64,000 nt of DNA from a virus, in IMG/VR virus record IMGVR_UViG_3300021425_000005. One strand, written 5' to 3'. The first letter of the stretch is position 1; each line of letters starts with the position of its first letter. The notes below the pieces were generated by a model. The model was given only the letters and a program-made list of their open reading frames with translations. It was not told where the DNA came from and ran no database searches. Positions 46,920-56,678 of the stretch are shown here, one piece after another. The translations under genes and the position numbers were made by a program.

Positions 46920-47666
46920 TTAGTAGCCTGAAGACCACTCAGAGTAGGAGTTCTCTTTGATCAAGATACCTTCAGCGAAAACAGAACCAAAGGTAGAACC
47001 AGAAAGAGAGCGTAATTGCATCTTGATATCTGTTTTCTCACCATAAGCAAATGGTGCTTGTCTGAGGATTTGCATATTCTCAAAGAATGTAGTGTCGGCA
47101 ACCCTCAATTGTCTGCCAGTTTCAGATTCTAAAAAGTTTCTGAACCTTGCCGCTTTACCACCATTGGCGTCAGTGCAAAAAGCATCAATTCTTGTTAGAT
47201 AGAAGGTGTGTCCATTAGGAACAGTGTAAACTGCTTTCTGGTCTCTACCAGTTCCAATTTCAATCACAGAATAATTAGTCGCTCCAACGGATAGGGTAAT
47301 TTTACCAACAGCATTACCTGATGTGATAATCATATCATTAATTCTGTAATATGAATTATCAGTAGTGATACCAGTGGTTCCAGTGAGAGTTTGAGTTTCA
47401 CTGATTGGATCGCAATTACTATCCAACCCCTGTATCAATACAGTCACGGCTGTATCTGAGGTGCTGGTGCTAACGAGAGTCATTGTGGAAGCGGCACTAG
47501 GAAACGCATAATCAGCTGCATTTTCCCATGGTGTTCTAAACTCAGTGGTGACGATATCATCATCTGCACCTGTTGTTCCGAAGATGTTTCGGACAGATGC
47601 ATGTCTAACTTTGCCTCTAGCAATATCTAAAAGCGGTAAGTCGCCACCTCTAAGAAAAGTGCTCAT
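46920..47666 (-). CDS. putative virion structural protein
   Basis: Thr/Ser-rich beta protein with V.I.GLD.N...ISE, YRIN and YTVP.G motifs; late promoter. Confidence 0.6.
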   Translation of the reverse strand: MSTFLRGGDLPLLDIARGKVRHASVRNIFGTTGADDDIVTTEFRTPWENAADYAFPSAASTMTLVSTSTSDTAVTVLIQGLDSNCDPISETQTLTGTTGITTDNSYYRINDMIITSGNAVGKITLSVGATNYSVIEIGTGRDQKAVYTVPNGHTFYLTRIDAFCTDANGGKAARFRNFLESETGRQLRVADTTFFENMQILRQAPFAYGEKTDIKMQLRSLSGSTFGSVFAEGILIKENSYSEWSSGY

Positions 47667-47670
47667 ATAT

Positions 47671-47678
47671 TATTTATA
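47671..47678 (-). promoter_or_regulatory. T4-type late promoter
   Basis: TATAAATA 4 nt before the ATG. Confidence 0.8.
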
Positions 47679-47682
47679 TGAT

Positions 47683-48006
47683 TTACTTTTTACCCATTGC
47701 TTGTGAGCCAAAGAATGCTGCCACAATAGCCGCAACTGAAACAAAGTAAACTGATGCCATATCGCCGAGAATCTTAGCAGCTTGTTCAAGTCCGAGCAGT
47801 TGCGCTAAGACAACCGCAAAAGGATACAATAACATACCTGCAAGAGAGAACCACGCCATATTACGCTGGGCATCTCTCATGGCATCGGCATCTTCGAGTT
47901 CCTTGCGTTTGAACTCAAGATACATTTGTTCTTCTTCTTTTGTTACCTTGCCATCGCCGTTGGTGTCAGCGGGATGGTATCCTTTGTTTTTAAGTTCTTC
48001 TTCCAT
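47683..48006 (-). CDS. EF-hand-containing 2-TM membrane protein (holin-like)
   Basis: DTNGDGKVTKEE EF-hand loop followed by two TM helices. Confidence 0.65.
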   Translation of the reverse strand: MEEELKNKGYHPADTNGDGKVTKEEEQMYLEFKRKELEDADAMRDAQRNMAWFSLAGMLLYPFAVVLAQLLGLEQAAKILGDMASVYFVSVAAIVAAFFGSQAMGKK

Positions 48007-48671
48007 TAGAATTTATACCCCAGTGAAATGTATGTTACGCTATATTCTTTTTCTGCTTCATCACTAATATAAAGGTCATTTAGAGAGAACATCAGATTCT
48101 TACTAACATTATAATCAATGCTGAACTGATTTTTATTCAATTCATGATATTTGCCATTCTCGAACAAATACTTATTCGTAATACTTATTGGAGAATCAGG
48201 ATGTTTGTAACGAATCCAAATAGAGTTACGCCAAACAAGTTCTGAATAATCCTCAGTCCCCATTTGAGTTATAGTAAACTCATTTGACATTTTCCATCTA
48301 TCATTACGGAAGAACTTGTATCCCCACCCAATACCAGTGTGGGGACGGAAGTCACCAATAAACCTATCAGCATTATAGTTGAAACCGAAGTTTGCGATAC
48401 CATAGTGTTTTGGTGTAAAGTTAAGAATGAACTCATACTCACCATCAGAACGGTCAGTGACTTCTTCGCCTTCAACCTCAGAGTAATAGACATTGGTCTC
48501 AGTCTCTAACTGAAAGTCTTTACCTTCAGGCTCCCAGTTCCATTTTTGATTGAGGCGGTAATCTTTACTTACGCTATCTTCAATTTTTGCGCTGAACTTT
48601 ATATAATTATCACCTACTGCTGGCGAGGCGACCAAGCACCCGACCATTAGTAAACCGAATAAACGAATCAC
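48006..48671 (-). CDS. outer-membrane beta-barrel protein (DUF481-like)
   Basis: Signal peptide, alternating aromatic beta strands, GIGWGYKF, C-terminal SLGYKF. Confidence 0.7.
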   Translation of the reverse strand: MIRLFGLLMVGCLVASPAVGDNYIKFSAKIEDSVSKDYRLNQKWNWEPEGKDFQLETETNVYYSEVEGEEVTDRSDGEYEFILNFTPKHYGIANFGFNYNADRFIGDFRPHTGIGWGYKFFRNDRWKMSNEFTITQMGTEDYSELVWRNSIWIRYKHPDSPISITNKYLFENGKYHELNKNQFSIDYNVSKNLMFSLNDLYISDEAEKEYSVTYISLGYKF

Positions 48672-49129
48672 TTCTTGCGACCTTTATCAATAGCGCGAGA
48701 ACCAAACCAGAATGAAATGATTGCAGCAAAGATTGCCTTGGTATCGTCATCCCAAAGAATATTGATTGCTTCAGAGAAGTCTGTTCCCTTCTCCATTGCT
48801 TCCATCAAAAGGGTAATTTCAATAACAGCGAACAGCCCGAAGAAACAGTATGTAATAACTGGTCGAACTGATTTCTGCAAACTGGCGACAAATCCAGTCC
48901 CCTGATTGATACTAATATCGTGTTGAACCAATCTAGCATGTTCGCTGTCGTCTGCCTTTGTTTCATACATTCGATACTCTTGATCAAATCCAGCGGCTCT
49001 CAGTTCCGCCATCTTTTCCATTTTAGCGAGTTCGAATTTCTGTTCGTTCTTTTGTTTGAAATGGTCTGTGATTGCGGGAACGACTGAACCGCCAAATCCT
49101 AAGACACTACCTAATAATCCACTTAACAT
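48668..49129 (-). CDS. 3-TM holin-like protein
   Basis: SVRPVITY and IISFWFGSR motifs of the GTA-type 3TM holin family. Confidence 0.65.
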   Translation of the reverse strand: MLSGLLGSVLGFGGSVVPAITDHFKQKNEQKFELAKMEKMAELRAAGFDQEYRMYETKADDSEHARLVQHDISINQGTGFVASLQKSVRPVITYCFFGLFAVIEITLLMEAMEKGTDFSEAINILWDDDTKAIFAAIISFWFGSRAIDKGRKK

Positions 49130-49151
49130 AATAATCTCCTATTATATTTTT

Positions 49152-49159
49152 TATTTATA
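49152..49159 (-). promoter_or_regulatory. T4-type late promoter
   Basis: TATAAATA overlapping the end of gene 41. Confidence 0.75.
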
Positions 49160-50546
49160 CTTTAATAGATCCGTAATCACCAGTCATCTTACTACTGAAT
49201 GTTGTGTTGTCGAAAACAGCAGCACTATCATTCTGACCACTGTCGCTAATAGTTTTCTGAACCTCGTCAGTCAAATCAAATAATCGCATCTTAGATCGAT
49301 CAACGCCAACCATAAACCTTTTATTGGAGGTTGGATCAGAATAACGATTCTTCAACTGCTTTACCATAATTTGCTGTTGCGCTTCAAGTTCTTCCGTGCT
49401 GATCAGAGCAAACATCAGGTCAGCAGTTGCAGGCAGACCAAACGATTCAGAAGTATCAGTGAGATCGACATCGCTATTAGCATAGCCAGACCGAGTCGTT
49501 TGTGTAGCGGAGACGATCGGCAGGTCATACTCAACAGCAAGACCTCGAAGTTCCTCGGCGATACTTTTGATAATCGTATAAGAGTTTACTTGTGAACCAG
49601 CACGGAAGCGACTACTTGTGCAGATGTTTAAGTAGTCGATAAAGATAATGTCGGGAGCGAAGGAGCGTTTCAGCTTCAACTCTTCCAACAATGCCTTGAA
49701 GTGTCCTGCATGCGCAGAGGCAGTAGGATATTCTTTGATGATAAGTTTACCGTCAATCTTATCATTAATTTTTTTGACGCGATCGTCAAACATTTTCTTG
49801 GGCAGATCTTTTAGATCTTGAATCGGAACATTCATCATGTTAGCATCTATACGCTCGGCGATTCGTTCTTCAGACATCTCAAGAGTAATATACAAAACAT
49901 TTTTGCCTTGAGAAATGCAAGCAGCAGCGACATGACACATGAATAGTGACTTACCAACACCAGTGCCAGCAAGAGCAATATTCAATGTTTTGTTGGGAAG
50001 ACCGCCATCAGTAATCTTGTTAAAAAACTCCAAGTCGAACGGAATCTTTTCCTCTACTCGGTTATAGAAATCAAATCGTTCAGAAGCATTTTCGATATAA
50101 TCATGACCGATATTATTATCGAACCCAACTGATAGTGCATCAGATAGAAGAGATGGAAGTGCGTCCTTAGAACGTGTAGTGTCTGACCCATCGATAATCT
50201 GAATGCTATCCATGATAGCATTATAAAGTGCTTTATCTTTACAAAACTTTTCAGTTTCATCAACAAGCCAGTTCTGTTCAGGGGCAGTTTCGTTAAGAGA
50301 ATTGATTAGAGTTTCACACTGGACATAAAGATCTTCACTGATTTTTCTGTCATCTTGGAGAGCAATAAGTAATGCACTTTTGCTCGGTGGATTATTATAT
50401 TTTGCAACATAAGAAAATATTTTCTCAAATACAATCCTGTCATCAGTTTCAGTGAAATAATCAGTTTTCAGGAAGGGAATGACCTTTCGGACATACTCTT
50501 CATTAGTCACTAGATTCGATAATATTTGTGTCTCGATTCTCATCAA
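49155..50546 (-). CDS. 41: replicative DNA helicase gp41
   Basis: AGTGVGKS, ITLEM.EE, IDYLNIC, SATQTTRSG, KQLKNRY. Confidence 0.95.
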   Translation of the reverse strand: MMRIETQILSNLVTNEEYVRKVIPFLKTDYFTETDDRIVFEKIFSYVAKYNNPPSKSALLIALQDDRKISEDLYVQCETLINSLNETAPEQNWLVDETEKFCKDKALYNAIMDSIQIIDGSDTTRSKDALPSLLSDALSVGFDNNIGHDYIENASERFDFYNRVEEKIPFDLEFFNKITDGGLPNKTLNIALAGTGVGKSLFMCHVAAACISQGKNVLYITLEMSEERIAERIDANMMNVPIQDLKDLPKKMFDDRVKKINDKIDGKLIIKEYPTASAHAGHFKALLEELKLKRSFAPDIIFIDYLNICTSSRFRAGSQVNSYTIIKSIAEELRGLAVEYDLPIVSATQTTRSGYANSDVDLTDTSESFGLPATADLMFALISTEELEAQQQIMVKQLKNRYSDPTSNKRFMVGVDRSKMRLFDLTDEVQKTISDSGQNDSAAVFDNTTFSSKMTGDYGSIKV

Positions 50547-50683
50547 TAAACTCCGCTTTTATTTCTTCTACACAATCTTCACACAACCCCAGATCTCCTT
50601 CTGGGCGTTGAAAAACCATAGCTGGTTCATCATCCATAATCTTGCGACTGCAACGATCGCAAGTCATTCGTAATGACCACCCA

Positions 50684-51748
50684 CTACTCATCGTCACCAT
50701 ATGCCTCGGCGATATCGTCTTCAGATACTTCGTCTTGCATAATGCTTCCGCTTGAAATCAAATATCTTTTACTTATCCAATCAGAAAAAGATTCATCACT
50801 CAAGATAGGTAGCCAGAAATCTTTTGAATGAGTTTCTTTTGTTCGATATTTTTTACTATCGACTCCATCTTTTGCAACCTGATACCAACCATTGCTTGGC
50901 TTTACCACATGACCTGACTCAAGTGCCATATCGAGAAGACCAGACCATTTACTGATACCACCCTCAAATGAAACTTCTACTGGAATTTTAGACTTCTCAC
51001 GAACATAACGAGATTTCTCGACATTAATAATGAAGTTGTAACCAGTAATATCTGAACCAGTTTTTTCTTGCTGACGACCAATAATATAAATGTTGTCAGC
51101 CGAATAGTAAATGCCTGTTCCGCCAGAGACGATTGCTTTCGGGAACATACCAATTTCCATATAAGTGTGGTTTACAACGATACAAGGAATATCTTTGATG
51201 GTCAAATGAGGAGTAATCATACGGAATAACGACTTCATTTGTTTAGCGCGAGTCATATCAGCAACTGATTTACCATCAAGTGCATCCTCAACTTCTTTCT
51301 TAGAAGCCAAGTTACCCACCGAGTCAACGACTACGATAACGTGATCACCACGCTCAATGTTATTAAGCTGAGACATCACATCATGCTTTAGCTGCTCAAT
51401 GTCAGTGATAGGAGTATGCATAATACGGCTTGTGTCAATACCGAAACTGTCGAAGTAACCTTGTGGCGCACCAAACTCTGAGTCATAGAACAACACAACA
51501 GCATCTTCATACTTGTCGAGATATGCTTTGATCATTAACATAGCAAATGCTGTCTTGAAGTGCTTACTTGGACCAGCAAATACTGTCAATCCAGGAGTAA
51601 GACCACCATCAAGGCGACCGCTCAATGCCACATTCAATGCGGGAACTGATGTTTGAATAAGATCCTTCGTGCTGAAGAACTTAGATTCAGATAAAATATT
51701 TGAATCCTTGATAGTAGAATTCTTTTGTAGCTTGTCAAGTAAACTCAT
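50684..51748 (-). CDS. uvsX: RecA-like recombinase UvsX
   Basis: AGPSKHFKT, YDSEFG, DS.GNLASKKE, ADMTRAK. Confidence 0.95.
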   Translation of the reverse strand: MSLLDKLQKNSTIKDSNILSESKFFSTKDLIQTSVPALNVALSGRLDGGLTPGLTVFAGPSKHFKTAFAMLMIKAYLDKYEDAVVLFYDSEFGAPQGYFDSFGIDTSRIMHTPITDIEQLKHDVMSQLNNIERGDHVIVVVDSVGNLASKKEVEDALDGKSVADMTRAKQMKSLFRMITPHLTIKDIPCIVVNHTYMEIGMFPKAIVSGGTGIYYSADNIYIIGRQQEKTGSDITGYNFIINVEKSRYVREKSKIPVEVSFEGGISKWSGLLDMALESGHVVKPSNGWYQVAKDGVDSKKYRTKETHSKDFWLPILSDESFSDWISKRYLISSGSIMQDEVSEDDIAEAYGDDE

Positions 51749-52116
51749 TATTCGTGCACTCCATAAACAATTTTTTTCAAGTCAGGTTTAAAATATGTAT
51801 CAGGTTTCATGACCTTACCAAATTTGTTCTTAATAACTTTGCCGTCTACACATTTACTCATATTTGACGCTCTGACCTCGCGCCATACATCTTCAAAAGG
51901 AATGCCAATTGTATTGGCCAATCCCATAATGACCCAAACCATATCAGCCAACCCATCGGCGACTTCAACAAGGTCTTGGTTGGCATATGCTTCTTTTGTT
52001 TCTTCCCATTCTTCGCGAATGAGTTCCATATAAAGATACGCTTGTCCTGAATCTAGACCCTGATTAGAAGGCTGATCACAAGCGTCCATAAATCTTTTAA
52101 CATCAATTTGATACAT
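51748..52116 (-). CDS. MazG/PRA-PH-like NTP pyrophosphohydrolase
   Basis: LIREE..E, EVADGLAD, EV..SNMSK, GKVMKP. Confidence 0.8.
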   Translation of the reverse strand: MYQIDVKRFMDACDQPSNQGLDSGQAYLYMELIREEWEETKEAYANQDLVEVADGLADMVWVIMGLANTIGIPFEDVWREVRASNMSKCVDGKVIKNKFGKVMKPDTYFKPDLKKIVYGVHE

Positions 52117-54632
52117 TACGAAAATAAATCCTCTAGTGTGGCAACTGGTTTTGTTTTCCAACCAATGCTCGTTGCAATTGTATTTAGCGGTTCAATAAAT
52201 GCCTTCTCAAACATTAATTCATAGTCGATATATTTGTGAAGGTCAAATTCTTTTGGAATCTTAGAGGAAAATGCAATTACATTCTCACCAAGAGTGTTTG
52301 GTTCTTTCAAGTAAACGAACTTAATCTTATCACCTTCATTGATTATAGGATATTTCATTTCAAGTTTAGCTTTCTTCAGTTCGTTATTATACAAAAGTGC
52401 ACCACGAACCTGAATCGGCGTTCCCTTTTGATAGATGTCAGCTGTTGAAGAATACTTAATTAAATTGTTACAACCGCGAGGGAAGGCAATTTCTTCAGCT
52501 GGTCTTGATTGGAAATCTTGCCAGTTGTTTTCAACAAACTTTTGCAATGCTGCCTCGTCTTGTGTGAGGCATAGCTTCACCGCTTCTCGAAGACTTTCTC
52601 GGACAGGTGCTGGAGTCGATGAACGAACAATCTCAAGACCCATAACCTTCAGCTTTGGTTCGGAATATCGAACACCCTCATTATCATAAACATTCAAAGC
52701 ATACCGCTTCTTGGCGACCCATATTCCTTTATCAGCGATTGCCTCTCGTTTGAAGAAGATCTTTTCTTCATAGGCATTTGTGTATTCAGCCAGCTTTGTC
52801 ATGGCTTTAGCAATCGCTGGTTCAATCTTTTCTTCAGCAATCTTGTCAAGAACATCAACAATCTTTTCTTTACTTAACCCACTATAAAACTTTTTGACCA
52901 ATTTGTCAAGGGTAATATAGCAAGAATCTGTATCTGAATAGAAAGAATAAACTTCACCTTCAGTGCCACAGACTTCGTTAAGATATTCATCAAGTGCCTT
53001 GGCAGTCTCACGGATGATAAACTGACCAGATAATGTAATACCCTCAGCAATCTTATCATCATAATATCGGAAATACTGATTAGCGAGCGCACCATAAAGA
53101 CTGTTCAACTGAATCTTACGAGCCATCTGGAAGTTATTGTATTTGGCAATTTTACTTTTTAGGGATGGGTCTTTTGTCTTCTCAAACTCTCGCTCAGTTT
53201 CTTTCATCAGCTTCTTGTATTTTTGGCGATCATCAAAGAATGTCTGAGTAATCTCAGCGAACACACCTTGCTTATCTCGTGAAAACTTAGCACCATTAGC
53301 AGACATCGCGTGATCAGTATCGATATTTGTTTCTCGATTCAGGAGATGATCGACTGTAGTATCGATCTGTGCCTCATCAACCAAAGTCTCGGGTGACATA
53401 TTGTATTGCATAATAATAGAAGGATACAAAGATGTCGCATCGAAACTCAGAACCCAATCATATTCACCGATCTCAGGTTGCTGAACATATGCACCCTCAA
53501 TAGTTCTATCCTCGTTTACACGCTTCTGTGGAATCATAATATTCTTTTTAAGAAGATGATTATACAGAAGACAATCCCATGTCCGAACAGAAGAATAAAT
53601 GTCAGTGAGATTACACTTGGCATCATAAGCCATAGTTGCAATCAACTCGATAAGTTTCATCTTGTCTTCAAGTTCATCGACAAGTTGAGTATCGATGATG
53701 TTGTAGTCAATAAACCGATTCCAATCTTTCTCATAGAACTCGCGGAATGTGTCGTAGTTATTTTCAAGTTTTTTGTGACCGAGTTCTACTTCAGCGATGT
53801 AATCAAGTTTATATGATTCACGAACAGTATAAGTGAACTTTTTATACAGGTCGAGATAATCGAGTTGAGCAACACCTTTAATATCATAAAGGGTGTGTTC
53901 TTTACCCATAATAGTAACAGACTTCCGACGAGTCATGTCGAATGGGCTGAATCCATTTCTCACCTTGTTTTCTTTTAGTTCATCTTGTTTACCAAACTTT
54001 CTGGCAAACCGAGACAAGAGATAAGGAATATCAAAAAACTCGATGTTCCAGCCAGTTACAATATCAGGAGTATTTTGAACCCACCAGTTACCAAACTTAC
54101 CAAGAAGTTCTATCTCATCAGAACAAGGCTCATATGTAACATTAAGATTTTTTATCTCATCTGATACTGGCGTCCACTCACCAACACCCCATGTCAAAAC
54201 CTCTTTGGTGTTATTGTTCATCACTGTGATGAGGATAATTTCTTCAAGGGGATTTTCTGGATCTGGGAATCCAAATTCAGTCGTTGTCTCAATATCAAGA
54301 GACCAAATACCCATTTGAGACATATCAAATGGAACCTCATCAGGATATTTCTGAGAAAGATATTGATATGTAAAATCAGTCTGACCGTAGATCGGATAGT
54401 TCCCAATACCCTCATATGTCTTCAGAAATTCTTTACATTCAGAAGCGTTTGGAAACTCAATAGGTTTTAAGTTTTCACCATACAAACCTTTGATGTCCGA
54501 TTCCTCTTTGGAACGAACATAAAGTTTAGGTTTAAAGGAAGGGTCTCGTTCCGTGAAGGGCTTGCCATCACGATAACCTCTGGTCAATACGTTTTTACCA
54601 TATTGCCAGCAATAAGTATAGAATTCAGCCAT
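52116..54632 (-). CDS. 43: family B DNA polymerase gp43
   Basis: DIET exonuclease, D..SLYPS, KIQLNSLYG, YSDTDS, KKRY; C-terminal TLEDLFS; start trimmed to MAEFY. Confidence 0.97.
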   Translation of the reverse strand: MAEFYTYCWQYGKNVLTRGYRDGKPFTERDPSFKPKLYVRSKEESDIKGLYGENLKPIEFPNASECKEFLKTYEGIGNYPIYGQTDFTYQYLSQKYPDEVPFDMSQMGIWSLDIETTTEFGFPDPENPLEEIILITVMNNNTKEVLTWGVGEWTPVSDEIKNLNVTYEPCSDEIELLGKFGNWWVQNTPDIVTGWNIEFFDIPYLLSRFARKFGKQDELKENKVRNGFSPFDMTRRKSVTIMGKEHTLYDIKGVAQLDYLDLYKKFTYTVRESYKLDYIAEVELGHKKLENNYDTFREFYEKDWNRFIDYNIIDTQLVDELEDKMKLIELIATMAYDAKCNLTDIYSSVRTWDCLLYNHLLKKNIMIPQKRVNEDRTIEGAYVQQPEIGEYDWVLSFDATSLYPSIIMQYNMSPETLVDEAQIDTTVDHLLNRETNIDTDHAMSANGAKFSRDKQGVFAEITQTFFDDRQKYKKLMKETEREFEKTKDPSLKSKIAKYNNFQMARKIQLNSLYGALANQYFRYYDDKIAEGITLSGQFIIRETAKALDEYLNEVCGTEGEVYSFYSDTDSCYITLDKLVKKFYSGLSKEKIVDVLDKIAEEKIEPAIAKAMTKLAEYTNAYEEKIFFKREAIADKGIWVAKKRYALNVYDNEGVRYSEPKLKVMGLEIVRSSTPAPVRESLREAVKLCLTQDEAALQKFVENNWQDFQSRPAEEIAFPRGCNNLIKYSSTADIYQKGTPIQVRGALLYNNELKKAKLEMKYPIINEGDKIKFVYLKEPNTLGENVIAFSSKIPKEFDLHKYIDYELMFEKAFIEPLNTIATSIGWKTKPVATLEDLFS

Positions 54633-54638
54633 GTTCTC

Positions 54639-54667
54639 AGTATGCCTCAAATGGGCAAAAATGTCAA
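54639..54667 (-). promoter_or_regulatory. sigma70-type promoter of gene 43 (probably leaderless)
   Basis: TTGACA-N17-CATACT-N6-ATG. Confidence 0.7.
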
Positions 54668-54670
54668 GTA

Positions 54671-55309
54671 TTAATCTTTGGTTTTCCAAAAATATTCATC
54701 AGTATCACCGAGTCGATAATCATAACCGTTCTCAACTTGATACTCAACAGTCGACACTTTGAAGTCTGGCATCTTAGGCTCTTGTGGCGTCAAAGAGTTA
54801 TCGTAAACACGCATACGGTTGTTAGGGTATGCGGCATATTGTCCATTCTCTAATTCGAGAACATTAAAAGACTTGTGTTCATCTGGCGTCTCGGCAGTGC
54901 TATAATCAATCGTATCGACCTGAGCATGATAGTTATCCAGAGTGAAGCAATAAGTCCCTTTGAGGATTTGATGGCTTCGAGTGAAGACCTCGTAGTCCAT
55001 ACTGCCGATAAATTGCTTACAAACAGCAGTCACACCATAGTCCATTGCGTTCCAAAACTGTAAGTCTTGAAGAGGTAAATCTGGATCTGGTGTCTTTGGT
55101 TCAGAAACAAATGCCGAGATGGGCAACTTATCATAAAGTGCACCATACTCAGGCAAAAATGTTTCGAAGTAGAAAGCACGTCCAGGAATAGACTTACATG
55201 CCACCCAATGACCTTCTACAAACTCACCATGACCTGACTGGTGATCCATCAAATATTCTTTACGAACATAGACCTTCTGGCTTGGTAGGTTGCAAATGAG
55301 TGTTGACAT
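54671..55309 (-). CDS. conserved marine T4-like phage hypothetical protein
   Basis: NLP...YVRKEYL.D, KS.PGRAFYFE, EHKS, YPNNR. Confidence 0.75.
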   Translation of the reverse strand: MSTLICNLPSQKVYVRKEYLMDHQSGHGEFVEGHWVACKSIPGRAFYFETFLPEYGALYDKLPISAFVSEPKTPDPDLPLQDLQFWNAMDYGVTAVCKQFIGSMDYEVFTRSHQILKGTYCFTLDNYHAQVDTIDYSTAETPDEHKSFNVLELENGQYAAYPNNRMRVYDNSLTPQEPKMPDFKVSTVEYQVENGYDYRLGDTDEYFWKTKD

Positions 55310-55620
55310 TATACTTTCAACTTAGGTTTTTCAGGGACAATAACCCCAGAACCATAGTGAGTGTTATATTCATTTTTTAGATTATCAGTCGGTTGCATGA
55401 TAGCAATGACATGAGTCGGCATAATATTCAAAGAATTATTTTCAGCATAAGGTGCATATGGAGCAAGACCGATACCAAACTTTTCTGGTTGACCTTCGAT
55501 CGGCTGCATAATAATGACAGCTGGTTTATCCATTTTGATTACTTGGCGACCTTCGACTTCAAAGTCAGATACAACACCGATTAGTTCTTCACCTGAAGAA
55601 AGTTTTAGAATTTGAATCAT
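55309..55620 (-). CDS. Sm-like-fold hypothetical protein
   Basis: LKLSSGEELIG...P...Y...GSGVIVP. Confidence 0.65.
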   Translation of the reverse strand: MIQILKLSSGEELIGVVSDFEVEGRQVIKMDKPAVIIMQPIEGQPEKFGIGLAPYAPYAENNSLNIMPTHVIAIMQPTDNLKNEYNTHYGSGVIVPEKPKLKV

Positions 55621-55637
55621 AATATATCCTATAAGTT

Positions 55638-55660
55638 GGGGGAGCAACCACTGCTCCCCC
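55638..55660. terminator. GC-rich hairpin downstream of hsp20 (terminator or stabilising stem)
   Basis: GGGGGAGCA-N5-TGCTCCCCC 9-bp stem; weak U tract on the minus strand. Confidence 0.5.
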
Positions 55661-55667
55661 TTATTTA

Positions 55668-56135
55668 TTAGTCTTGCAAGAACTGCTTTTCGTCAATGCC
55701 AATTTTAATTTCTTTTGGCTTGCGTTCTTCTGGGACTATATGTTCAAGAAAGATCTTTAGAATGCCTCTCATGAACGCCGCACCTGTCACTTGAACATCT
55801 TGATTAAGGGCGAAAGTCTTTGTGAAGTTACGAGCACCGATTCCTTTGTGAACAAAGTTACGGTCATCAGCTTCAGATTGAACACCTTGAACAACAAGTT
55901 TATTTCCTTCTGGAACTTGTGTGATTGATAGTTCCTCTTCGTTGAATCCAGCTGCAGCAAATTCAATAGTATATTTGCCTTCGCCATCTTCGACAATGTT
56001 GTAAGGTGGATAATTGTTTGAAAGTTCAGCTACTGTGTTTAGATTATCGAACACTCGATCAAAACCAATAGTGAATGGGGAAATTGAGTTTGCGATCTCA
56101 TGAAGATCACGTGCGTTAAATTTACGAACAACCAT
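55668..56135 (-). CDS. hsp20: small heat-shock protein (IbpA-like)
   Basis: IGFD, YPPYNI, AGF, HKGI..R.F...F.L, G.L.I.LE..VPE. Confidence 0.93.
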   Translation of the reverse strand: MVVRKFNARDLHEIANSISPFTIGFDRVFDNLNTVAELSNNYPPYNIVEDGEGKYTIEFAAAGFNEEELSITQVPEGNKLVVQGVQSEADDRNFVHKGIGARNFTKTFALNQDVQVTGAAFMRGILKIFLEHIVPEERKPKEIKIGIDEKQFLQD

Positions 56136-56141
56136 GTTCAT

Positions 56142-56189
56142 CTCCTTATAAAGCGAGTTTAATTTAGTCGACCCTTAAAGGCATCGACT
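56142..56189 (-). ncRNA. ROSE-like RNA thermometer in the hsp20 5' UTR
   Basis: CUCGCUU-UAU-AAGGAG stem with bulged G pairing the SD; upstream hairpin AGUCGAUGCC-UUUAA-GGGUCGACU. Confidence 0.7.
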
Positions 56190-56223
56190 CTCTATATATA
56201 AGGACTATGTGCTAAAAAGTCAA

Positions 56224-56637
56224 CTATTTTTTACCAATATTATATTTGGTAATTAATTCCCATTCGCCTTTTTCTTTGTAAGGCAGAACTTTAATTTGAC
56301 TCAGCGGTGCTTGATTTTCATGTAACTCAGGACTGATGATGTCCATCAATCCCCAATCTGATAGCAGTTTCGCGATAGTATTGCGGCGTTCGAGATCTCC
56401 TTCACCGAAATCTGCATCCTTGCCATCAAGCGCAAATAATTCTTTAAAGTGTGTGATGAAATAGCGACCCTTCTTGTGCAGGATGTGACAAGACTGGTAT
56501 AAAACTTTTTCTTTCCTAGAAGCAACACCGATACGAGAGAGGGTCTCGCGGATTTTCAAGAAGTCATCGTCCTTCTTGAGTTTGATTTCTAACGGCGCAT
56601 AACTAGGGTAATCAATGTCGAAGAAATCTTCACTCAT
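56224..56637 (-). CDS. regA: translational repressor RegA
   Basis: DDFLKIRETL.RIG.AS, QSCHILHK.GRY.I.HFKELF.LDG. Confidence 0.95.
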   Translation of the reverse strand: MSEDFFDIDYPSYAPLEIKLKKDDDFLKIRETLSRIGVASRKEKVLYQSCHILHKKGRYFITHFKELFALDGKDADFGEGDLERRNTIAKLLSDWGLMDIISPELHENQAPLSQIKVLPYKEKGEWELITKYNIGKK

Positions 56638-56661
56638 TATAGAACCTTATTATTGTTTTTT

Positions 56662-56673
56662 TATTTATAAATA
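56662..56673. promoter_or_regulatory. palindromic bidirectional T4-type late promoter
   Basis: TATTTATAAATA contains TATAAATA on both strands. Confidence 0.7.
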
Positions 56674-56678
56674 TCAGT

